Assembly: GCA_010015585.1 (NCBI GenBank)
Contig: ML975154.1
Reading direction: 5' to 3' (one strand)
Length of the DNA: 64,000 nucleotides
Source: Eremomyces bilateralis CBS 781.70
Lineage: Eukaryota
Shown: positions 12,901 to 25,844 of the stretch, in pieces
Numbering within the stretch: position 1 is the stretch's first letter
Layout of the letters: every line of letters begins with the position of its first letter
The notes under the pieces: generated by a model
What the model was told of the DNA's origin: nothing
Database searches by the model: none
The model's input: the letters and a program-made list of their open reading frames with translations, nothing else
Position numbers and translations under genes: made by a program

Positions 12901-13079
12901 TATATCCCCACATTACTCCCCAAGTATCTACAGTCCGACCACTCTCCTACAACATCTCACGCTATTTCGTTGCCGTTTCCCCCTTTCGGCTCTACGATTT
13001 TCACCTTCCGCAAAGTCATATTTCCATCGTTCAGAAGGCCGCATCCTCGCTCTTTCTCTTAAGAGTCCGCGCCAGAGAA

Positions 13080-13391
13080 ATGGTGACCACCCAGTCCGGA
13101 GTTTACGTCCAGGGCCATTACACCGAACCGATGTCGTCCAGCCACGACTTCGCGCACTCCTACACGGGGAACCGTGGTCGAGCTATGTCTACTTACTCGC
13201 GGTACATGCGATCATGCCACCACTTACCTAATAACTTCGTCTAATGAAGACGTAGGATCATGCACGAACACACAAGACAACAACTCGACATAGCCACCAA
13301 TTCCTCCCGCCGACGGTCACAAGTCGAGGAACCCCCCGCAACAAATAGCGATCAAAGTAGTATTAGGAGCGTCGATTCCGCGAGCTCATAG
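13080..13391 (+). CDS. Small unannotated protein, 85 aa; exons 13080-13201 and 13256-13391
   Basis: Intron GTACAT...CTAAT...TAG (13202-13255) gives MVTTQSGVYVQGHYTEPMSSSHDFAHSYTGNRGRAMSTYSRIMHEHTRQQLDIATNSSRRRSQVEEPPATNSDQSSIRSVDSASS. A TATAAA box (~12890) and a CT-rich leader lie upstream. Confidence 0.7.
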
Positions 13392-13820
13392 CCGTTGCGT
13401 TCACGATCGATTCTCGCTTTGCGGTTCGGTTGTGCATGAAGCGTGGCGAAGGATCAAAAAAGTGCATCGCCTCCACTGGTAGGTGGAGGGACAACAATAC
13501 TTGGGGAACAATATTTGAGCAACAATAGTTATGGAATAATGCTTCAGAAACAATAATTGGGCTATTTTGGAGCGGTGTAGGTCTGACTAACTAGGCTTTG
13601 GCCTGGACCTGGGACTGGCGCCATCAACGGACATGAAATTAGCGGTTGGCATCACGGATAGACTTTGACGGCATATATACGCACACGATCTGCGCATTAC
13701 GAAATGAAATACGACACCTTAACAATCATCTATTTCATGAGTATCATTCGCACGACTCGTGTGATCTCCGGTACTACCTACTGCCATATAATCCCCATGA
13801 TTCTAGTATCCGCTAGATGC

Positions 13821-16696
13821 TCAGAGTCCGTTGTCCTTCTTGAACTTATCCCACGCTTCGTTCAATGTGCTGAACACCGCGGCGCTAATCATCTTCTGCT
13901 CGGTCGTCGCGTCCTGCGGAATCTGTACGCCCATCAGCACCGAACTTCTGCCACGAAAAAAAAGCGGAAGCGAATCAAACATACCTTATCCGGATGCACC
14001 TTCGCAATCGCCTTCATATACACCACCTTCACCCTCCCGGGAACCACCAACTCCCCCATCCCCACCTTCCGCCACCCCGCCCCCTCCCACAATACCCCCT
14101 CCAAACTCCCCAGCAGCGCCCGCAGATTCTCCGCCCGCGACCCCTTCCACGCCACCAACCGTCCCTCCACCGCGTCCACCAGCGCGAACTTCTCGTCTTC
14201 CAACCGTTCCGCCGCTCGGTTCGCGTCCCGAAGCTTCTGCACCGCCTCTGCCGAGGAGGCGTGGCTAGGTGCCGGGCGTCCCGCGAGCGCGTCCATCGCG
14301 GACATGGCGGGCTTGGGTTTGGGGATGGGTTGCGGGCGGGGCGTGGGTCGCTTCGTCGCGGTGCCCGATGATGGTGCTGACGTCGTGGATGAACCGCCGC
14401 CGATCGCGTGGTCGCAGCGGTTGCGGCCCTGGATGCTTACGCTGCCGCCGACGCCCGCCTCGACGGCGATGCGCCACGCGTCGGCAGCGTCCTTCCATTT
14501 CTCGAGATTTTCGAGCGCCTCGGCCTTGCGCATGGTGGCGCGGGCCCAGAAGTCGCGCATGTCTTTGCGGGAGGGGGCGGCGCCGGGGGCGTCGGGAGGG
14601 AGGTCGATGTGCTCGGCGACGCCGCGGGCGGGGCCGATGAGGGCGAGGGCGGAGTCGGCGTCGGCGAGGGCGGATTTGGGGTCGCCAATTTTGAGGGCGG
14701 TGGTGGCGCGGTTGCAGAGGACGAGGATGGTGATGGGATGGGTGCGGGGGAGAGGGGCGAGGGCGGAGGTGAAGGAGGTGTGGGCAGAGGCGTAGTCGCC
14801 GCGTTTGAAGGAAGCAGTGCCGGTGGTGCGGTGGGTGGTGGAGGTGGTGAGGGCAGAGGGGGAGACGGGTGGGATTTGGCGGGGTGGTGCTTTCGGGCGG
14901 GGAGGCGTCGAGGGACGGCGAGGAGGGGGTGCTGGGCGGGCGCTGGACGTCTGCTGTGCGAAGGGATTCTTCGACTGGAGGGAAGCCGGAGGAGATGATG
15001 GTTTGGAGGCGTTGGAGAGCGGAGAAGGGCGACGATCCGGTTCTGGGACTGGGGTGGCCTTCTTTCTCCGAGCTGGGCTTACGTATGCGGTAGCGGTTTG
15101 CTCGTCGACTTGTTCTCGTGTTAATTTTCCAGTTGGTGCCTGGCGTTCCGGCTGACTGGAGTTGGGTCGCGAAAAGGGGTTTCGGTCCGGTTCGTCCCAA
15201 GGCGATCGAGATGCATTTGCCCTTGCCGGTCGGTGTGGAAGTGCTTCTTGCCTCTCTTTCGACGGACGCGCGCTTCCCGCCTCCAGCATCATCGCTTCAT
15301 CGGTCACCCCGCTATCTACTTTGCCATTGGTGGCATGTTCCTTAGAACTATTTGTGGCTCGACCACGCGGCGCCGTGGGTCGACTCTCTGGCATTCGTTG
15401 AGCACTTTGAGCCTCTCGCATCCACCGAGGTTGTGACGGATCCCCTTCCTGTTGGAATTCCGCCACCGCTTTCTGCATTTTCTTCTGCCCCGTTTTCCAG
15501 AATGAGTTTGCAGACTTCAGGAAAGTCGACCCAATCTCCGATGCATATTGAGCCACGTCTTTCTCTTGGTCGTGCCCTGCCTCGTCACGATCCCGAGACC
15601 CAGACGAACCTCTCTGGGTTTCCGACCGCATCCAAGGCGGTACCCCCGAGTCATCTCGCTCCTGACGGCCTTTTGACTGCCGTGGTTCAGGTTGCTGGGG
15701 CGTCGATCGCCCGGATCCCTTCTCCCCTCCACCTGTCTTCTGTTTTGATTCTTCATGCGCGCGGGTGAGAAGGATCCCAACTGCAGCCTGGACATTCGTA
15801 CCATTCTCCGTCTCTTCCAGCGCATCCGCGGCCTTGGAGGCATCGAATCCCATGTCGACCAGTTCTGCCACCGCCCTGTCTTTTGGATCCATTCCTAGCG
15901 GTCCATCGTCGTCTGAGGAGTCATCTACAGGTTTAGTCTCACTCCGTTGTGGCGGTGGCATCTCGGATACCGGTCGCCCAAGCATCCCCAGGATATCATC
16001 GTCGGTGGTCGCAGGTTGTGGTGTGGCTGCTGGGGGTTTTTGAGACATCTGGCCCAGTCCAAACGGATCGTCGTCATCATTGAAGGCCATCGGGTCAGAT
16101 ACTGATATTGCGGGCCTGCTACGCTGATCACTCGTTCCCCGACTCCCATGTTCGCTTGATTGTATCGGAGGGGGCGACGTGCCCTTCGGAGGAGGGAAGT
16201 GGCTTGAAGCATCCACCGGAGCCGTAGATTTAAAGGCCGCCAGGATATCATCTTCCTCCTCCTGTGGCTTCTGGGGAGCGACCTTCGGCGCACCCGTCGT
16301 CCTTGATCCTAGAGTATCCCAGAACTTTTCCTGGCCGCCAAACTGCGCACCAAACAATTTGCTCTGCTCTTCATCTTTCCGACGCTTCTCCTCCTGTAGG
16401 CGCCTCTGTTGTTCTTGTAGCGACAGCTGGGCCGCTGCTGGCTTCGAGGAATTGAGTGAAAGTAGTCCCGCAAAGCTGTCGGTAGCAGGGGTCGAGCTCC
16501 GCGGTTGGACCTTGAGCTTCGGTGTATGATTTCCGGTGTTGCTGGACGGAAGGGAGAAGGGGGTCGAGCGACCGGAACTCGACGGTGATGGCGTAGGTTT
16601 GAGCGACGGGAAGGAAAGAGCGGTTTGCTGGGAGGGTGGATTCGTGTTACTGCTTGGTTTGGAGGAGCTCCAGTCGAGGCCGGCGAGATCGTCCAT
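13821..16696 (-). CDS. swa2: Auxilin-like clathrin-uncoating factor (UBA + TPR + J-domain); exons 16696-13985 and 13922-13821
   Basis: UBA (AVAELVDMGF), TPR repeats (GTASFKRGDYASA, LCNRA), J-domain KAIAKVHPDK, then intron 13984-13923 and IPQDATTEQKMISAAVFSTLNEAWDKFK. Confidence 0.9.
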
Positions 16697-19387
16697 CGTG
16701 GACGAACGTTATACGAAACTAAGATGGACAAATGGTACTTCCGGATGATGATGACTAAGTCTCCGTTCCATTAATGTCCATGATAAGGGGCGTACAGTGG
16801 GCAATTAAGTGTCCGGAAGATATTCAACAGCTCCACCGATTTGTAGGTTCATCAAAGTCATACATGACTTGGCGTCGACAGCATGTTCAGTTTTGGTGTT
16901 AATAACGCATCGATGTCAGGGTTCACACTGCGAGAGGGATCTGGACGGTGATGTGGCTTGTTTGTGGCTGGTGCAATTAGTCACGTGGCATCCATCAGCC
17001 ACAACATGTGCGCATCCACTGGTCTGTGGCACTTGTGGTCAGTGGTGGATGATCGCAGAAATCAAAGTCCCCATCAGATTGTCGCTCGTCTTCGTCAACC
17101 CAATTGATAGAGTTACTTGGCAAAGGCCAAAGTTGCTTGACAAAGTTTGGATTTCTGCTTACGAAGGACTTCATTTGATTCGACACATTGCTTCCTGTCG
17201 GGCTACGCAATCCGGCAAGCGAATGAACCTCCTGAGTCCTGACTCAACCCCATCTCGTCATCCAGCCGTCGCATGAGGTGTGCCTGATTTTGTACGTACG
17301 CATAACGCAACCGATGAGCTGAATCGTGGATGGCTGAATGGTTGTTTGATCGACCCTCGCGTATAAGCGACTATTGAAAAGCCGTCGGAACCAATTGGTG
17401 GAAATGGGCCATCGCGAGTCGCCAATGTCCGTCATGCACTCGTGCGGTCGTGGTCTCGTGGAGCATGCAGCCATCCATGGGTTTGCTCCCGCGTCCCAGC
17501 GATTGATTAAAGTCGGGGGTCGATATTGTGGAAGACTTGACCCATCGGCGTTGTTTTTGATTCACTGTGATATCACACCTGCAGCGGATGAGCGACGTTG
17601 CGCCAATCGAATATCGATTGACAGTATACCGCATACAGGAGATAAATATATCCTTACGTACTGGATAGACCAGTGGTGACATGCAATCAAATTACCGAAG
17701 CTGTCGCGAACTTGCGATTCATTCTGATTCCTGACTCTGCAGACTGCAGTCTGCAACTAAGCGTCCACCGGCCCAATGTCCGGACAGCTGGAACCCCGCC
17801 CGACGGCTTGACACTTGACAGGCGATGCCCTATCGGGGCCTTCGGGGGGGGGTTATCACAATGGGTTTTACTCTCCACACACCTGTCGACACCTTCGGGT
17901 TTCAAGCCTTCGGCGCATATCCACCTCCAAATCGACTGCATACACAAGATGACGATCTTCAACTAAACCTTGCCTCGTAAACCATAACCCTTGACTCGTT
18001 TCTGACTTCATATCAACAGAAATCTTCGACAACCGAAAAGGGGTTCAACTGACAAGTAACGAGTCGCTTCGATATTCCCAAGTCCCAACCCCGCCCCATC
18101 CACGGCACAGATTGACTGATTGACCTGCCCTTCCAAGTTCTAGCCCACCACTCCCAGATGGCGCAAGGAATCCAACGCCTTCCGGACGCCTCCCCATGTT
18201 AGTGGGATCCGTCGCAGCTCATCACGGTTGCCCCGGCGGCCTGTGACTAATCTCCCGTTATCCCGTACCTGCAGGTGGTGCAGGACCCAAATTGCTTGGG
18301 ATCGGTCGGGGGACAAATTGGGTGATTTGGGCGACGGTCACCGGTCCCACCCTGCTGGCTTGTCCTTGCACATCGAACTGCCGGGACCTCCTTTTGAACC
18401 TTCACCCCTGAACACGACTGGGGACTAAGATGCAGATGGAATAATGGATGGGCCATGCCGAAGGGAAGCTCGGGCAAAGGATTTTTTTTGGTACATAGCC
18501 ATGGCACTCATCAGTGGACAATATGAATGATTAGATATGGCGGATGCTCTCCGCATTTTGTTGGATCGAGCTTTGAGAGAGCTGAAGGCTGAAATAGCAT
18601 CAAGCCGAGCCTTTGGTCAAAGAAGAATGAAAGAAAGAAAGGCAAATTTGAGATTCGCGTCTTGCTTTCTCTTCTGTTGGTCGCTTAGTCGGATTTAATT
18701 AACCAACGTATCTTCTCCTGAGATTCAATTCATCCAAATTCGGTGACCGATGAAAGAAGCGTCCCAAACCATCAACCGTTCCGTTAGCTTCTCTTCTAAA
18801 AGTGCCATCGCCTTTGAGTCTCGAGGGGACTAAACCATCGACGGGACACCCTGCCGGCGCATTGCCGCATTCCATTGAAAAGTGCTACTGAAGCTGCATC
18901 GGGAATTCTAGATCGTGTGGAATTCAAAGGATTGCAACGTGACGGCGCAACAGAAGTCTCGATTCTCGAGTTCTCGACCAAAGATTCATTCCGACCTCTA
19001 TTGGATATTTCTCTGGTCACTCACTGTCAGCATCATTTTCTTATTTCTATACCCTACGCGACCCAGGTAGGTACAGAACCATATTATCACTTTCATTTCA
19101 GTAGGGGAGAACCGCAATTACTTCACTTCTTCCCCACTACCCCCTCGTGCAATTCCCAAAACAGCGACCAATCCCATCTGCGACCTGCTTCTCCCCTCTT
19201 GCACCGCGGATAGCTGACACCTTTTTGTGTGACGATTAGACACCGAGCTCACTGTTCCCCTCATTCATTACCTATTGAGTATTTGATCTATTTGTCCTAA
19301 CACCTTATCTCCCACCTAAGACACTAGGACCCGCCTCCCGGATCTTCTAATCCTCCGAGCTCCAAGGAGCAGCGAGTGGAGCCCAAG

Positions 19388-21051
19388 ATGGGTCTCTTTA
19401 GCAGGAAGCAATCGAAGCAACCTTTATCTTCGACCGACGACTCGAAATCTATCCAGTCCAACCGTTCTTCTTCTCACAAATCTCCCCTCTCATCGATCAA
19501 CGGACAGCAATTCGGTATGAAGAGCCAGAACCTCCTCGCGGAGATCCCAGACATTCCTCTCCCGAGAGCACCGGATCCGTTGATTGATCCGGTGAAGTAC
19601 TTGAAGAGTATCTATGCGGTCCGAGAGCGGACCCGGTTGGTGTTGGAGACGGCGAAGAGGAACCAGCTGAAGCATTTCACGGTGGACTTGGGAAAGTTCG
19701 ACGATGCCGTTTCTTACGTGGTGGCTATCATCAAGGTGAGCCCATCTGGCGAAATGGTACCCGCGAGCGTGACTGATAAGAAGACTGCAGCGCGATTACG
19801 GCTCCGACTTCGCATCAATACCTCCCCACGGAAGATGGCAGCATTTCGACGTCGGCGGCCGTCCGCGCGTTGATCAAATGATGCAAACCTGGCCCCTGTC
19901 CATCGACGCTCTCGAGCGGTGTCGACGCCTCATCGACCTCTTCGTCGTGTCGGTCCTTCTCGACGCCGGAGCGGGGTCGAAATGGCAATACAAAAGCAAG
20001 GAGAACAGCCGGATCTACCGACGGAGCGAGGGTCTGGCCGTAGCGAGCTTGGAGATGTTCAAGGCCGGCGTGTTCAGCAACAATCCGGAGCAACCGTTCC
20101 AGGTCGATAGCGAGGGCTTGAGCAGAATCACCGAAGCGGCCATGCGGAAAGGATTGCAGGTCACTGACCAGAACCCGATCGATGGCCTCGAAGGACGAAC
20201 TCAGCTCCTCATCAAACTATCCGATGCGCTCCAGAACCAGGCCATCTTCGGAGTGGATTCAAGACCCGGCAACATGCTCGGTATGTAATGTCGAACCCCA
20301 TGCTCGGACAACCGCTTACCATCATCAGATTACCTCCTCAGCCACCCGACCACCCATGCCTCCTCCGTCCCAATCATCCCCCTCCCAACCCTCTGGGACC
20401 TCCTCATGGACGGCTTAGGCCCCATCTGGCCGCAAACCCGCACCCACATCGACGGCGTCCCCCTCGGCGACGCCTGGCCCTGCAGCATCATGCCCTCGCA
20501 CCCCACCCACCCCTGGGAATCCATCGTGCCCTTCCACAAGCTCACGCAATGGCTCTGCTACTCCATCATGGTGCCTATGACCAAGCTCCTCCAGGTGCAT
20601 TTCGCCGGCGCGGAGCTCCTCACCGGCCTGCCCGAGTACCGCAACGGCGGGCTGTTCGTTGACACCGGGCTGATGACCCTCAAACCGGACGAGACGCAGC
20701 GCGGGCTCGAGCAGTATCGCGCGAACGCGGAGAGGCTGGGTCAGCCGAGCATGGAAGTCGTGCCGATGTTCACTGCGGACGACGACGTCATCGTCGAGTG
20801 GCGCGCCGCTACCGTGGGGTTCCTGGATGAGCTGCTTATCGAGGTGAACAAGATGCTTGGGTTGAGCGGCAGTGATTGCCTCTCCTTGGCGCAGATGCTC
20901 GAGGCGGGGAGCTGGAAGGTAAGAGAATATTCCGATGCGACCAGATCCTCGCTAACATGGTGACTAGGGTGGCCGTGAATTGGCCGAGGTCTCGCGACCG
21001 AACACCAAAGAACCGCCGATTATGATCTTCTCGGATGGGACGGTCTTCTAA
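19388..21051 (+). CDS. urc4: DUF1688 / uracil catabolism protein 4 (Urc4/Urg3-like); introns 19736-19790, 20281-20328 and 20919-20967
   Basis: Motifs IPPHGRWQHF, DLFVVSVLLDAGAG, RSEGLAVASLEMF, PFHKLTQWLCYS, LTGLPEYRNGGLFVD and the C-terminal SDGTVF. All three introns keep the frame. Confidence 0.88.
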
Positions 21052-21678
21052 GCCAGGATGGAGCAGCTACCCATAAAATTCTGGTCGTCCACGGAACCTT
21101 TACGTTTGCGCGCCGTTTGCTTGCCTATGCACTTTGCGCGATCATGCTTCGAATTCTGCAAGTGTCCGTGGAAGGGACGGAAGTACTATGGAACCGATAA
21201 TGAAGGCATGTACTATAACGACAGTATAGAATAACCATGGAAAATGGATGATAAATCGCATGCTGCAATACCAAATAGCTGTGAATAGACAACACGTTTG
21301 GAGAGGATGCGACTGGATGGCCTAGTCGGGACGCTTCGCCCCTAGATGTCCCGTCCGCAATCGGCACGCTATCGACCCCGGATCCGCGCCGATCCTTGTC
21401 GATCTGGATCTCGGATTTGGATCCGCCTTACGTAAGGTGACCTGACGTTGACCAACTTTTCTCAATTCTTAATATACGTACAATGTCATTCATATCAGTC
21501 GCATTGTAATATTTATCCATCATTGAGACTGCCAATTCCTTTCGTTCTACCACGAGAAAACCCATCCACCAAAACCCACGAGTCGAATCCAATTACCGCA
21601 GCGTGTACCACCCGGGCTGAGGAAGCGATTCCTCCGGTGGTGTGTCACCATAATCTCATATAAATTCAGATATTGAAC

Positions 21679-22790
21679 ATGTACCCTCCATCAATCGGTA
21701 CGTCGCTGCCCATCGAGGCCATCAGTGGAATCTGTGGCTCCATCTCCATCGCCTGCTGGGTCGTCGTCTTCTCGCCGCAGATCGTCGAGAATTTCCGTCG
21801 CCGCTCGGCCGAGGGGCTATCGATCGTCTTCGTCGTCATCTGGTTAGCGGGAGATGTGTTTAATATCGCCGGCGCAGTGATGCAAAAGGTGTTACCGACG
21901 ATGGTATTTTCAAATGGTATTTCTGGATGGGATTGAAAGACGCTGATTTTCGGTAGATTATCTTAGCCGTGTACTATACGTTGGCAGATATCGTCCTCCT
22001 CTGCCAATGCTTCTACTACAAGGGCTTTACCCTCAAAGATGATGTCCCTCCTCCCGCAGCAAATGGCCACTCCAGCGACGCCGCCGATGAGCGTGCCCGC
22101 CTCCTCCCTGACTCCCGCCCACCACCCCCGTCCTCGCTAGAACGCCGCCCCAGCTTCCGCGAGCGCCTCCTCTCCAGCTCCGCCGACGGCACGAACCTCT
22201 CCCCCGTGACCCCCTGGCACTCCCACGCGCCCGTTGACGAAACCTCACCATCCACCCCGCCATTCTCCAGTCCGCGGTCGCGTGTGCAAGCGCTCCTCTT
22301 CAACGCCACGGGGATCATCCTCGTCCTCGCGTCGGGGGTGCTCGGATGGTGGCTGAGCAGTCACCCCTCAAGCGAAGACGCACAGAAGCCCACGGACCCG
22401 GGGGCGCTGCGGTTTAGCTGGTGGGGGCAGGTGTGCGGGTATGTGTGCGCGCTGCTGTACCTGGGGTCGAGGGTGCCGCAGCTGCTGTTGAATTACCGGC
22501 GAAAGAGCACGGAGGGAATCTCGATGCTGTTTTTCATCTTCGCGGTGCTGGGGAACTCGACGTACGTGTTGTCAATTATGGCGTTTGAGCCGCGGTGTCC
22601 GGGGGTGGAGGGCTGTGCGGGTGGGGAGGCGGCAAGGATGTATTGGAGGTATATGCTGGTGAATTTGAGTTGGATTTTGGGGAGCTTGGGGACGCTCTTT
22701 TTGGATATGGGGGTGTTTGTGCAATATTTCATATATCGAAAGGACGAGGAGGAAGATTACAACGATGAAGATGTCATTGTAGCTAGGTAG
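21679..22790 (+). CDS. PQ-loop vacuolar basic amino-acid transporter (Ypq1-3/Rtc2/PQLC2 family); intron 21904-21956
   Basis: Two PQ-loop repeats (VFSPQIVENFRRRSAEGLS and SRVPQLLLNYRRKSTEGISMLFF), several TM helices and a dileucine-like DERARLL. Confidence 0.9.
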
Positions 22791-22910
22791 CTTACCTATA
22801 GGTCATAGAAATATCGGCTAGGACCGACCAACATCAGTCCAAGTGTGTGTCAGGAAGTCCTGCTCAATTTGGCTCCAAGATGCGGGTATATATTATCGCC
22901 GGAGTCAATC

Positions 22911-23919
22911 TTACGGAATCTCAAGACGCGATCTTCTGTCAAGTACTGCATCATTCACTCTCCCACGACTGGTCGTCCCCTTCCTCTTCTAACAGCATCG
23001 TGGCACCACCAGCACCATCTTCCCCGCGTATTTCTCTGGATCAGCAATAAATGGCAGATACTTGTTCGCGTATTCTCTTCCATCGCCCACCGTTTCAATG
23101 ATGATCATTAGCACTTCCAGATCGGAATCGTCCTCGGGTACGGGGTGATCGAACGTGACGCCGTAGTAGTCAATGCATCTAGAAAGATTGGAAATATGGT
23201 TAATCATCAATGCTAGAATGTCTAGAGATAATAACGCATTCTTACCTGGTTTGTCTCGCCTCTACCATCTATCCTATATATCTATGCGTACTACTAGGTC
23301 GCCTGCCACTTCTTCCCGCACATAGCTCTTATAAAGAGTCTGACAAGTTAATCTCGCCAGCTCCGGACCCGGTGGTTACGGGAACACTGGGCCATAGGAT
23401 TCCAAATTCCTGCCAACATGCGGAAGGAACTTTTGGACGGCCACCAGGAGACTCTCAATCGATATTCTCAGTGGGTTTTCTAGTGGTGGAAGGTGATTGG
23501 CATGGGATGAGGTACTGAAGCACGGGGGAATATGAAGCCGATGGACCGTGAAAGGCGGATGAACTGTAGAAATGTGTATGGGACGATGGGACTTGGGAGG
23601 ATGCCGGTGGTGTAGGCATTCTGTAGGCAGCACAGATATATGCTTTGAGACTCATCGTACGCCTGCATGGAGTTATGTCCGTCGAAGTACAATACTCGTA
23701 CTCGTACTCGTACTCGTACTCCAGCGCACTCAACTGGAACGCTGGGGCGGCTGGTCCTATTCCTTCTATTATTCGATCGAGGTACTGGCTTGAATCAGCG
23801 CCGCAACTCATTGCCTGCTTCCCTGTGGTAGAATTCAGGAAGCATGCATGATGCAGATATACAGTCCTATATGCGGGGTAATATGGAAATATATCGTATA
23901 TGAGGTTCTTCGTCCCCAT
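22911..23919 (-). pseudogene. Decayed gene for an unknown protein, with multiple TAA/TAG stops and frameshifts
   Basis: Protein-like segments in shifting frames: LIYDIFPYYPAYRTVYLHHACFLNS...; LYFDGHNSMQAYD...SIGFIFP; FLPHVGRNLESYGPVFP*PPGPE...VREEVAGDLVVRIDI*DRW*RRDKP; a GTAAGA donor at 23245; YYGVTFDHPVPEDD...VVPRCC*KRKGTTSRGRVN. The protein-like character continues across the stops. Confidence 0.65.
23693..23721. repeat. (TACTCG)~4.8 hexanucleotide repeat
   Basis: Direct reading; sits at a frameshift in the pseudogene and translates as EYEYEYEYEY. Confidence 0.9.
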
Positions 23920-24497
23920 TCTTCAGGAGCATTCATCGTCTGTCCTTCACCATGTCGCCCTCGAGCGTTTTACTGAGTAAGTAGGAGAAGAAAGTGCCGA
24001 CCCCGACTCTTTACACCAGAACCCCAGGGAACAGGAGGTATCGGCGTATATCAGTAGTAGGCAAATCATAATTGGAAGTGTCTGTACCGATAGGCAATGT
24101 GCGTACATCATGCATACTACCAATTGGACAACCATCCTTTCCGACATGGCGAAAATTCGTGACATTGGCATCATGAAATGGCTCGGTACTTCAGATGGGA
24201 TGGACTATTCGATGTTGATGTCACCCCCGGATTTACTCCTCCGCATAGCCAGAATTTACCCAATCACATGTCTCTACTTCCCCAAACCCCAAAGCCGAGG
24301 GTCTCCGCCGTCAGCCTATTCCTTGCCAGACATTACCGCGACCTCCTCTCCAACTACTACTGTAGTTAAGGTGAGTTCGGTATAAGACAAAATGTAGCGA
24401 CCCTGCCATCCAGCTTCCGCTGGACTTCTATTCCCTATCTAAGATCAACCCCGATCTTCCACAACCCATCTACCTTTCAACCCCCCAAACCACCACC

Positions 24498-25844
24498 ATG
24501 GCCCCTCCCGTCCCCTCCACCGACCCCAAGCAACTCGCCCCCTGGGCCGAACCCGCCTGGGTCTCCACCCTCCACTCCCCCTATTACAACGACTCCCACC
24601 GCCGCTTCCGCGACTACATCCGCGCGTACCTCGACGAGCACATCGTTCCTAACTGGTTCGAATGGTCCGAAGCTGGTGTCGCCCCCCACTCCGCGCGCCT
24701 CGCCTGGGCGAAGACCGGCATCCCCTTCGCCGACGTGCCGCCTCAATACCGCCCGAAAGACATCCCGGACCCAGCCGGCGTCAAGATCTCGGACATGGAC
24801 GCGTTCCACGTGCTGGTGGCAACGGACGAGACGTCGCGGGTGAACGGCGGGGTGATGACGTCGCTGACGGGCGGGTCGGTGATCGGGGTGCCGCCGATCG
24901 TGGCGCACGGCACGGAGGAGCAGAAGCGACGGTGGCTGCCTGGGTTGTTTTCGTGGGAGACGAGCTTCTGTCTAGGGATCACGGAGCCGGGGGCGGGGAG
25001 TGACGTCGGGGCGATCGAGACGGTGGCGGCGAAGTCGGCAGACGGGAAGACGTATGTGGTCAACGGGTACAAGAAGTGGATCACGGGGGCGCCGTGGGCG
25101 ACGCATATGACCACTGCGGTGCGCACGGGAGGGCCGGGACCGCGGGGCTTGTCGGTGCTGGTGATTCCGTTGAAGAGCAAGGGCGTGTCGATGCGGAAGG
25201 TGCATAATAGCGGGCAGAACGCCGGTGGCGCCAGCTACATCGAGCTGGATGACGTGGTGGTCCCCGCGGAGAACCTGATCGGCCAGGAGGGTCAGGGGTT
25301 CCGTATCATCATGTTTAACTTCAACAAGGAGCGTTACGTGATGGCGGTCGGGTGCAACCGCATGGCGCGCACGTGTCTCAGCGAGGCGTTCGCGTATGCG
25401 AACAAGCGACATACGTTCGGGGAGCCCTTGATCGCGCATCAGGTCATCAAGCACAAGTTCACGAACATCGCGAGGTATCTGGAGAGCCATTGGGCGTGGC
25501 TGGAGCAGTTGGCCTACCACATCAACTCCTCGCCGGAGGGATGGCAGGCGGCAGATGTCGCCAGTCAGATTGCGCTGGCGAAGGTGCATGGTGGATATCT
25601 GGTGGAGATGGCCAATCGAGAAGCGCAGCATATCTTTGGCGGAAAGGGATATGAACGGGGCAGCCCCGTTGAGGTGATCTCTCGAGATCTGAGGATGATG
25701 GTGTGTATTACCTGTTCTTGGTCAGTGGATTTATGCTAATTGATATGAATGCAGACCGTCGGTGGTGGATCGACTGAGATCATGAACGATCTGTCCTTCA
25801 AACAGGAAGTGATGTGGGCGAAGAAAAGGGGATGGAAATTGTAG
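24498..25844 (+). CDS. Acyl-CoA dehydrogenase; intron 25701-25754
   Basis: CLGITEPGAGSDV, VNGYKKWITGA and FNKERYVMA (Glu at the LCAD/IVD-type catalytic position), AQHIFGGKGY, and a final exon TVGGGSTEIMNDL...GWKL. Confidence 0.93.

Noticed and set aside
13665..16529. Long + strand ORFs overlapping swa2 (likewise antisense ORFs over nik1, the amidase, ugd1 and the acyl-CoA dehydrogenase)
   Set aside because: Shadow ORFs caused by high GC3 in the real genes.
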